Below, one piece after another: positions 27,601 through 39,600 of a stretch of DNA of 64,000 nt. Position 1 is the stretch's first letter. Every line of letters begins with the position of its first letter. The stretch covers positions 11,780,001-11,844,000 of the forward strand of contig CM119384.1 in NCBI GenBank assembly GCA_051294905.1, read 5' to 3'. The notes below the pieces were generated by a model that did not search any database, was not told the DNA's origin, and was given only the letters and a program-made list of their open reading frames with translations. A program made the translations under genes and the position numbers. This DNA is from Botryllus schlosseri (taxonomy: Eukaryota).

Positions 27601-30600
27601 TCATCAATGCAAAGTATTTTGTTGTAATTTTACACAAATATTTATAATATGCGATTTTCTAGCTATTATTTGAGTTTCCTGATATTCATGTAGAATACTT
27701 TTGTCCATTGTGTATAGGGACATCTGATATCATCAAACCGTCGAATGTAAGAGAAAATACTTTTCACAACGGGTTCAACACCGCCATCGGTGTTTTTGGT
27801 GCGAGTGGTTTCTCCGTTAGTGGTAATGTCATCCATCATACCGTCGGCCCGGCGATTCGAATCGAAGGAACGGATATACGGTATTTACGAATTTTGCGCT
27901 CTTCAATTCATCTCCAACTTACATTACTGGCTACATTTGGTATACAGTGTCGAGGATAACCTGGCAATGCTCGTCCGTACTCGATCTGTCTACCTTGACA
28001 GGACGGAAAATGACCTGTTGCTCTGGAAGGCTGCAATCGAGGTTTGTATCAACAGATATCCCTGTCAATGAACATAGAACTTACCACTAGGTGGTAGTTG
28101 ACTACCACTTTGAATTGATAGATCACACTTGGTCATTTTACCCTCCTCCTATCTATTCATTTCATTGTGTCTTGAGCGGATGAAAAGAGTAGAATGAGCT
28201 CATAATCCTTTCGAGGAGATGTGATTGAAATATTCTTTTATGAAATTTGGATTATTAATCTAGTAGGATTGGAAAAAGCTGGATTGAAAATGTTACAATG
28301 GCCCACAACCTGACAGTTTTTGAAGAAGAATTTGTGAATTGGCAAGCTGCATATACACCTTTATATGTTTTTAGGTCAATTTGGCTACACGTCCTGTATT
28401 GCAAGGCAACGTTGTTGTGGGCTCTGAGCGTGCTGGATACCGTATCAAGGGCCATAATTGCGGGTAAGCCATACCGTGATAGCTGTCTTGAAGACTATAT
28501 TCGAACAAGTCATTTTCTCAGCCCAACTGATGAAAATGATGAGGAAAGTGATAATGTAGAATGGGGATGGAACACGGCAAGAGCTGTCTTACATGGAGTC
28601 TGGATGAATAAAGATGGTATGACACTGGTTGAGTTAGGCTGAGAATTCACAGTATTGATTGAAATGTAAATCGGTCATGTAATTGAAATTATTTTAAACA
28701 ATGACCTCAAAAGCTAAAGCTATCCCATTTTTTTAACAAAAGTACTTTCGTCAGTCATCAATTCAATGGCAAAGGTGACCGTATTAAAAATTCATGTAAT
28801 CGAGTCTGGCAATCCCATTTTGAATAGGCAATTATGATTTGTATTTGAGAGATGAATATGTATAGTCAGTCAGTTCTATATACCCCGGATACAGTCCTAT
28901 CCAATATACATTCTGTAATCATCAGAGAAGAGAATTCTGTCCAGAACGGTTTCTGTCATGTTCACAAACTATACTTCACAGGATTCCCTCTCTGTTCTCA
29001 CGTCAGCAAGTTCAGGATCCACAGTGCACATTATGGCGGTATTTATTACCAGAGCATGTCGAGTGCTATTATCTCGGATGTCTTGGTTACTGACAGTAGA
29101 TTTGCGATCACACCGATCGTCTACAGGTACGGACAAAATTCAATTCTGTGGTAGTGAATACCATAACTATAGTGTAGAGTTTGTATACATTGTGAAGTAC
29201 ATGATCTGGATTATCTTTGATCATTCTCATTCCCTCGTCGCTACTAGATCTTAAATATTTGGGCAGCATGTCGGTTTCGAATTTATATTAGATTCGGAAC
29301 ACAATACAACAGCCTGCAAGGATATTATCGAACTTGCCACAAGTACTGATATTATGTTGTAGGATCAAGGTCCAGTTATCTGTATGTTTCATGATTATTT
29401 TACAGCGTGGTATGTTGGGTAGTATAAGCTAATGCATCACTTTACTAATTGAAATGTTATATATCGTAGATGCTTGAAAATAGGTGACGGACAGTTTCAA
29501 GTTTTGAGACCATGGCCAGTATCAGCCGTTTCGATGGTATGGAGCCTGTCCCGTCATGTCAATACTTTGCATGAAATAAAATAAATTAATTTGGAACTGC
29601 AATTTAGTGATTATCACATTATCCCTGACACCACTTTTTCACAAGGCACTAACACAGTTCCGATCGGTAAGAAATGTTTATACATCGTGATTTATGCTTT
29701 CCCTTTCAGCCCATCGGGATTATCGCATGCCTTCATGGACAAGACTGTAACAATCCGAGACTCCACAATTGTAGCTGTAAGCAAACCAGGTTGGTAAAAA
29801 TCTGTAACTCGTGCGGTAGTCTATTTCTCATCATAATACTATTGCAATAGATTACTGTCCCGTTATTGCCTCGGAAACTGACTTCCTGGAAAACGCAGGG
29901 CTAGCCAGGCCTTTACCGAGAGATGGAGCGACCGCGTTAGCCAGAACAGGAATATTGTGGCCGGTGTTTCTATCCAATCAAAATGCAGCTCCTAGCAAAC
30001 CTTTTGTCGGCTCCATGTCCTATCCTGCTATTGGAGGAAGATCTGAAATAAATGGTAGTTGTTAACATTGCAGCTTTACTTCTCAGTGGATAGCTACAAT
30101 ATTTTCTGGAAATAGGTGTTTCATTCGTCAATTTTGGCGACACATCATGCTCGTCACTGAATACCGCGATCATGACTAATCTCAAAGTTGAGGACTTTCT
30201 TCACCCGATGTTCACTAGCGGCCTCGAATTCGTCAATTCGCCTGAGGATACTTCGCTGTACTTGCACAGGCCGTCTATTGGGTGCGTTGGTTCTTGCCTA
30301 GCTGCAAATGGCTTTCTATTCATGAATTGACTAATTCCGTTGACTTGAACCTCAGTGCTATCAATCCGTCTGATTGTGTCGATATGGAATGTGACGGAAT
30401 GAAAAAAGCGTTGATTGTGGATCGGGATGGAACCCTTGTGGGTGGAACTGGCGGATCAGTTATTCCTCAGGTTAGGATATATATGATATATCTACCTAAG
30501 GAAATATGGATGAGTTTTCCAATTATGTATGCTTGTTAATGCCTTGTTGGTACTCCATTAGAAGTAGCAATTTTCCAAGACATGTCAACACTACTTCAAG

Positions 30601-33600
30601 TGGAAATAGGAAATAAAGATCTGTGAAGTACTCACTTAAGTAGGAATAAGTCTAGGACATTGTATATTTTTGCCCTGGATGTTTTTTGCGGCATATACAC
30701 CAACTCATGAGATACATACACACGATCTGTGCATATGCATACCGCGACTGCATGATGTGCATATGCTGCTGGAAAAGGAAGGTGCAGATATAACCTTATA
30801 ATTGGAGCGATTTTTGTTTACCTAAAAAACGGAAGATTTTGACGTAAAAAGTTAAAATTCTGACATTTTTTTACCTTAAAAACTTCATTTTGACAAAATT
30901 TTGACCTCATGTATGCAGATTATGTGTTTTCGCACATAATGTTAGAATTGCCCCACTTATCTTCATTTCTGGTTAGAACTGACTGTCCTTACGAAGTAGC
31001 TTTGCCTGAAAAAACTTTTTGACTTAAAAACTGACAAATTCTTACGTGAAAAAACTTCATTTTAACGAAATCTGGACCTATGAAGAATTCCAGTAGTTAC
31101 ATCACTCATTATGGTAGAAATAATATATATTTGTTGTATTACAATGAAAGATACTTTCCTACATTCTCGGGTAGAAAGCGTCTGTCCTTACTGAGTAACT
31201 TGTTACGAATGGAGAAAAAACATTCAACAGCACTGACAGTGAAAACATCTACGATTCAAACGAAAAGCAGGTTGCAAAAAAAATGACTCTGTAAACAATT
31301 TTGACAAAACGTAACAATTTTGACAAAATCGTGACTTATTTTGACATGTCAAAAAATCGCCTTACTAAGGCTTTCTAAGTCTAGCACCACCCCTCCACGC
31401 TATCATAATAATGCTGAGCACCAAGCCGGGAAACCATGGGTACAAGTGTTACCGATCAGGTCTTTGGTCTGACCTGGCCGGGGATTGAGCCCACAACCTG
31501 CTGATCAAGAGTCATTACGCTATCTATTTTCAAAGAATAGATTGGGTGATTGGCTATTTCGCCTGGCTACAAAATCTGAAAAGTAAGTAGTTTTTCCTAA
31601 AATGTAAGTAGAAGTGAAAGTTATGACAGAACGTTACCATGTTAAGTAGTCAAGTCCCGAAAAAGTACTTGAGTACTCCGGAAAAGTGAAGTACTTTGTT
31701 ACTGACCACGGCTCGGTGAAAACATCACACGCTTGACTAATTTTGTGCAGGCTGAATACGAATGGGATGGCGATGCTCGTAGAGGGCTAGGTGACTACAG
31801 GATTCCAAAGACCTTGCTAACAAGACTTGACGGAAGCAGAATACCAGTAGAGGACATTGCCCCGAATAAAGGAATTTTACGGTAGAAAGCTTTCTGTATT
31901 CTGTATTCGTAGAAAAGGAGTTCAAGCTCATGATTGTGTATAACAGAGCCAACTCCTCCACCACCACCTGCATTCAATACGATGTCTGGCAAGCTCATAA
32001 ATGCACTGGTTATCATCACGGCATATTGATTATCGAAAGCTTAGATGCGGATACGGAAACGCGAAGATTATCCCCAGTCGCTCTGTTAGCAAACGAATAT
32101 ATCGATCTGAATAATGGTACGATTCTTGGTTGGTCTCACTGGTTCAGTGTGACTTACTTTTGGTAATACAGGTCCTCAAGATCACGGTTGGTGTAATGGG
32201 TATACTTGTCAGGAACGGCTATCAACATTTTGGACGATTGTAGCTTTTCCTACAACATACGAGTTGCATTTTTCGGGTGAGATATTGTCGTTAGTTTTAA
32301 AACCTACATTGTCTTGCGAATATTAATTTATTAGGATAAATCTAAATTGACCTGAGGAATGGTTCGATTAAATCTTGAATTGATTGCATGACATGAATTC
32401 GGAATTTCCAAACCTAATTCAAATAGTACGTAATGCTTGGGCCAAATCCGGCATCGGCGTAAAGTTAACACTCCTCTATACAATACAATTAGCGGTTTTA
32501 TCACTTTTATCCGCTCAAGACACTGGATGTATAATGCGATTCACAAGGCAGAACGTATTGTAATGTAATGAACATATAGAAGGATGTAGAAAAGACCAAT
32601 TGCGGTACCGTCTGTCAATCTAAACCCAACCTTTCCTTGCCTGCTGGGATTACTAGTGCTTGACCAACACCGACAGTGTTGAATTATGTCTTTGAATAAA
32701 TGAATCGGATTTTTGATTGTATCTGGCAAAATGCATGATGCCAGTTTCGAGAGTGTATATTCAAAATGACATGGTGTAGTTTACCTGTGCTGAAGTGCAT
32801 CTGTATTGATACCTAATCGCTCATACTCCTTGTGGTATTTTACATCACAGATGTCTGAAATGAAGCTATATCATACATATCTCATATGTTTTCTCATTCA
32901 GGTACAAGTCCAGAAAAGATACGGCTCCGAATTCCGAATGAAGATCCCTCTACGAAAATGGTCCTCAAGTTGTTTATCAAGCGACCACAACGACTTGACG
33001 TTTTCACAGAGGATACTTATACGCCAGCATTGAATTATGAAGATGGTATGGTCATGTGGTCATTGTACATTCAAAAATTATTTCTGTTGAGTGACATGCT
33101 TATCTGGGACAAATAATCTTAATTTCGAATAATGAACATCACAGATGTATATGCAGCTATCTTGGTTGGCGATAGGCAACAGTTATGATTGTCCTTTAAA
33201 TATGTAAAATATTTTTTGGTTTCATCTCCTTTTTCATTCCTGAAAGTTGAAGCATGCCAAATACTTTTTATTTAATAAACATCTTGGAATCACTGTGGGC
33301 CTACTTACGTAATATACTTTAATGCAATCAAAAAGCTTTCTACAATAGTTTGTTTTAACTTCAAGACAGCCAGGAAAATATCCAGTTATTGATGGTATAA
33401 TTGGTGTTTATAAGAATATTGCTAATATTAAGCTCATCCTCTGTTCTCCATTCTATTACTCTGCTCGTTGACTGATAAAATCTTGAAGTGTTTTATCACA
33501 AGGTCATGAAATAGTTTTTGAAACGGGACGAACCAAACACGTGTTTAATTTGATCGCCCAAGATTTCCGATATCCTTGTTCGAGAATAACGCGTAAAACT

Positions 33601-36600
33601 AGCTTGCAATCCAAATTATTCTGACAGGAGTGTACTTGGAACCGAATCCAACAGATCAATATCATCCATCCATCGACAATTCGGCCGGTTCCAACTACTT
33701 CGACAGACAAGCTCAGATCATCCACATCGTCTTACAAGGAGGCAGCGTCGTAGAAATCAGAGAAGCCCCAGTTGTAGTGATCACCTTCAACATGCCGGCC
33801 GTCACTCCCGATGAGTTCTTTGACAACGGGAATCTCATTGGAAATCTGGCTGCCTTCCTGGGAGTAGGGCGGCTCGTACTTTTGCTCCAGGGTCTGCATT
33901 AGATCATATTTTGAATTTTTATTTCGCAGATTCCTGCCAGTAAAATACGCATCGTCGACGTGATCAGAGAAGGCGGTGGTGCTCGTAGAAGGAGGAACAC
34001 AGGCTCTGTAGCAGTGAGTTTAAAATAATATTGAACGTCTGCAGACGGTAGTGACCACAGTGACGATCCGACTTCCCACAAGGCTCCAGATTTATGATGT
34101 TAGATCAGCGGTTCTCGAACTTTTTTTGACACGCCCCCCTTTATGATAGGGGAAAAATTCGCGCGCCCCTTCTCCTCATATCACAAAATGCAATCAGAAT
34201 GCCGGCAATCCCAACGGATAGTTTGATGGCATGGAAGGTTATGAATGTTGATGAGAGAATTCTCAAATATGAAATTCGGACAATACACAGAGTAATACCT
34301 ATGAATCGCAGGTAAATCGTAAAAAGTTTTTCGGTCGACCGCAGCTTCGCCCCCCCCTTCAGATGCTTTCACACACCCCTGTTTGAGAACCGCTGTGTTA
34401 GGTGCTGCTTCAGCTATCGATCAATTTCTGCAAATCTAAATACTATTGCAGGCGTTTATGGAAAATCCGGTAATACACTACACATTGACTTATCAAATAT
34501 GTAGTTTTAAGAACTGCCCGGTACTCAATGCTCATTCTGGACTCTTGGTTTTGATATATGGCGCATAGGTGTCTTTGAATCGTGTATCAACATTGTAATG
34601 AACCCAAATATTTTCGGCTGACACTCTTCAGGGGTAATTGTCAGCAACTAGTAGAGAATTGAGAGGAACATTGCATATCAACAATCGTATCAGATAGGTG
34701 TCTTTGTAGAGCATTTATGTTTCAGTCCCATTTGTTTTAGTTTAAACATTTTCACCGTACTCATCAATCATAGAAACATAACAGAATAGTGTTGATCATT
34801 TGAATGCTGTATTTCTTGACATGAACTGTATTTTAGGCAACTGTGGAAATAGGGGACTCTCCAGAAGAAATAGCCAATGCAACTTCGGTAATTAAGCTTT
34901 TTGTATTTGTGTGTTTTAGGACTTTGACTTGCGTAAGATTAACGGTATGGTCATAGTCATAATATAATAAGCACAGATACATGTTAATCCATTTGATCCA
35001 AGTGATCATTTCCTAGTTTAACTTTGCTCACTGCCTAATCGTTTTGCAGATGTATATTTTAATACATTTTCATGCCAAGTATTACATGTTCTTACAACGT
35101 TTCCAGGCTGGCAACGCAACGTCAGAGAATGAAACTGAGAATTCACTGTCTTACGAGGTACGTTTGTAGCTGTCGCCAGCACAGGGACCAGCTTCTAATT
35201 TAACTAAAGATCAATAGTACCGTAATCTCGGAATATTTTATTTCAGGAACTGCAAAACGTGACAGCCACTATAACGAATGCCCTTCAACAAAATGAGTTG
35301 GGTGACGCGCTCGGCGCGACAGTCAATTCCATGGCAGTGGTGGACGCAAGAGCTGTACCCGCGGTATTGCATGGAATATATAAATTATTTTTTTTGCATG
35401 TTAATACGGGGATATCTATCTGTTCAGAGAAATGCAAACATCACAAACGCTACAGAAACTGATACGGATGAGGTAGATTACTTCGTCCCAGATGCGATTA
35501 CGATCGTGCAGCAGCCAAGCGTCGGAAATCGAGACACTGTGTTCTCTCGAACGTTGAAGGTCATTACATGAGTGTAGTCTGAGCAAGTCAAGTTTCTTCG
35601 AATCCCACTACCTTCTTCCTACAACCCATTTATAGTTCTATTCGTGAACCGTTGACATGTGAACATAAGACATAATAGCATGCGCCAATTGAGCATATGG
35701 TTTAACATCGAGAATTAGAACAATGTCACATATATAACATTGTTATCCCCTTATCCCCTTCTAAATTTTCATTTCTTGTAACATTCCGAGTTCAATTACG
35801 ATACTTATCCCAACCAACCACACCTTAACATCATGTGGAATTAAAACAATACCACATATAGAATTATGTCACCCCCTCATACCATCAAAAATTCGTATTT
35901 TTTGTTAAATGCTAAGTTGAAGCACAATATTTTCCCCCACCTACCACGGCCAAATTTCTAAATCACATTTGTAATTTTTGAATGTAGGGTGTGGTCAGGC
36001 CAGTTGACCATGCCCAGAGTCATATCGAGCACATTAGTCCTGTTTCTAAGTTTCTTTTGTTCATACAGTAATGTGATTTTCTTTTCGATTATACGAATCA
36101 ATATAGTATCTCTTTTTCTCTCTCCAGAAGAATTAATATGCCAAAAATTTTGATTGTGAATTTAAAGAATACTTTCAGAACATCGATGCAGGTCAGCACG
36201 ATTGACTACAATTACAAAAGGCTCACTTATAATTACCACGACATAGGATTTAAGATTATGGCTGAAAATGGAATTTTGTGCCTTACAGGTTGCCGGTGTG
36301 GACGCCAGCGGTAACGAGATTGTTCTTGGGCACAGTTCTGATCCTTGGCAGGGCACAGTTACTATTGTCAGCTCCAGCAATGCAGACGCGTCGATAACAG
36401 AGAATGTTGCTTATTTTAACAATGAAGATGGTCACGCTGAATTTGAAAGTGTGTCACCGTAGCCTCTGGGCAGATTTCGGATAATGTTTTTTCATCCGTG
36501 AATAATATTCACTGAATATCTTTAGATATGACACTCTCGCATGGAGGAGAATACATTCTGAGGATACAAGTAACGTACCCAAGTGCTCAATCTGGACTGA

Positions 36601-39600
36601 CTGTTGAGACAAATACCATTATTGTGAGTACTTTTGTTCGGTATCTACATCGCAGCATGATTGTTTTAGGGATTAGTCCGAGACCCAATCTTAGCATACG
36701 TTTTCCTTCATGTCTCTATAACGCTGAATTGTAGTTTCGGTAGTTACAATCAATAGTTAGCTATTCTTGCTGCGCAAGAGACTGCAGTAGAACTTATTAA
36801 ATAATGTCATCGATATACCATCCATATCCCCCTATGTGAGACAAACAGATGATGAATCCGAGGAATTTGAAAAATTGCGAGCTGAGTTCTTCACTCATTT
36901 TCAAATAGCCTAATAAGAATCGCTTAAATTTTTGCATTATATATTGTCTATTCACAGCATACAATTCTAATGCACTGATCAAAGTGGTCAAATATATCCA
37001 TGACATTTTCACTGCAGGCTACACCACCACGCACCCAAGGGACCACCTATGTAGAATCTGCTAGGATTTATGTTGCTACTTAGCAGTGTTGGTATCAAGT
37101 CACTACCTTCGAGTCACGAGTCATTTCGAGTCACTGTACATTTTGACTCGAGTCAAGTCAAGTCAATCGATTTTGGAAGGTGACTCGAGTCAAGTCACAA
37201 TTCAAGTCAAGTTGCCTTTTCGAAGTATGAGGCATGCTTACGTCATTGCCTTTTGCTAGCTGTCTGAAATACAGATTGAGTGGTTATTGATTCTGGACCT
37301 ATGAAGTAACATAGAGTTAAATATAAACGCAAGAAGGCGCTTTATTGCTCACATATACGTAGAAATGCTTACCTACGTAAGTAATTGCATGACCTCCGAT
37401 TATAGTCACCAGCCAAAATAGAGAATAGAGAAACGAATTGATAAGATGCAATACATTACCCATTTACAAATTGATATGATACAATTCTAGCTTGCGCCGA
37501 TGGTTGAGGACTTTATGTACTATATTGGCGTTCAATTTCAATAAAACAATAGGTTTGGTTAAGTTAAGAACAGAGAACAGAAATAGACATATTGCTATTA
37601 AATTTTTTTACTGTACTAGTTTACGACAACGTAAGCTGTAAGCTCCGATCACTTCGTTTGCGATCAGTTCATTTGTGAGAGAACAATGGAGGCTCAGTAA
37701 AACGCACGATCATTGAATGATTGGTCGCTCTCACAGGTTACACCAGCGGTTCGCGTACAACCGAACATATGCAAGATACAATGATTTTTATCAACATCGA
37801 TTGCTTGATGACTCGAAATTGACTCTTGAATTTTGCTCCGAGTCGCGAGTCAATCCACTTTTTTGATACGCCAAGTCAAGTCAAGTCATTTTAGCAAGAG
37901 AGAGAGAGAGAGAGAGATGATATTCTTTTACGCCTGCACCATCGAGATGCTTTTGACGACGGAGCTGCGATACGGCCGTGAGGTCATCTCGTCTGCGCCC
38001 CCGTTTATTTTCCTCCGTGCTATCCGTGATTGCTGAGCGCCTAGCAGGATAGCTGCGGATACCAATTTTCGAGTCTTTGGTATGACCCGGCCGGGGATCG
38101 AACCCACGACCTACCGATCGAGAAGCCGGACGCATAACCATTACACTATCTCGCAATAGTGACTCGAGTCAAGTCAAGTCATACGAAAAAGGTGACTCGA
38201 GTCTGACTCGAGTCAAGTCGTGACTCCAGTCATCCCAACACTGCTACTTAGACGTATTGTATACGAAATCATCAAATATGGTGGTAATCCTGAGCCGCGT
38301 TCAGCCACGTCTGACTTTACACTAGCAGCTTGTTTTTTTTTATTTTCAAATACTCAACAGATTAACGAAGACAACGTTGGAGTGAGTCCTGTCGATAACA
38401 GCAACATCATTTTGATAGTCTGCAGCGTTGTGGGAGGATTGCTCGTCGTCAGTCTTATTGTGGTGCTGTTGGTCAAGGGGCCATTCTTCAGTGAGCTCGA
38501 CACACATATACATTGCGTAGGCCTACGACGTTATGTGACGTTTAATTTTGGTATCGCATGTTCACAGTCACCACGTACACCTCACCTCGCATTCATGTAG
38601 CTAGATATTACAATCTCGCCAATGGGCATGAATTCGGATATGGGTTTTAAAAAAACGGAATTTAAATATTTTGACACGATTGGGATGAAATTTGGATTTA
38701 CGAATTATTTAAAATTCATTTGGATTTGGACCGAGAAGTGGAATTTCAATTCGTTCTAATTTTTGCGCGAATTTTGAATAAATGACAGTAATTACCGGAT
38801 TTGGACTAGGATTTAACGGTAAATTCCTGAACAAGATGTGGATGTGAAAATGATGAATCCTCTAATCTCTGCTATTTTCTCCTATTGTTTTTCCATCAAG
38901 TTTGCCTCCCACTTTTGCCAAATAATTCCGATTCGGTCTAATGCTAAATATATTCCAATCCAAGCAATCACACCGCTCTCGGGCACACGCCTTGCATCGT
39001 ACGCACGACTCGCACTGTGTTTTAGATTTACCGTATTCACTTTTTCGAATAGCTCATAATTGCACTGCCTGTTTGCACGCATGTTCAGGAGCGAACAAAA
39101 TCTACGAGATAAACTCCAGTAGTAAGTCTTCCGCGCAACACAACACTTACCTTGAGATTGAAAGGAGCGCAAATCCCAGCACTGTGAATGTCAACAATGA
39201 AGCTTACGAAGGTAAAATATGGCCGTCACTTTTCACGACGGCATATTGATATTGGTGGATTGAATATTATCCTCAGTTGTCGTTCTAGCTCCATGATGGG
39301 TGTTTCATTGCATTACAGCGCATGAGTAATCAGTGTTGGCTCTCATTTGTATGTGGAAAATACGCATCTGTTTGGGACGCGTCTAGGTTACTTAGTAATT
39401 GCTGTTCTCTACCCGCTAGAATTCTAATTGTTGAGCACTTGCGCAGCATGTCATCTTAAGCAACTGTTCTGTTGAAGGTATAGCTGCATGTCAATGGTGT
39501 TTTACACAATCGCGAAGTTTCGTTGGTAATAAATCATGCGACTGCAGAATGGCCCAATCAGAAAGATATTTCTACTGTTAGAATTTCGCCATAAAATGTT

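Noticed and set aside
38095-38150. tRNA gene (also at about 27485-27545)
   Set aside because: A and B boxes are present but there is no complete acceptor stem and the sequence continues into a shared SINE body.
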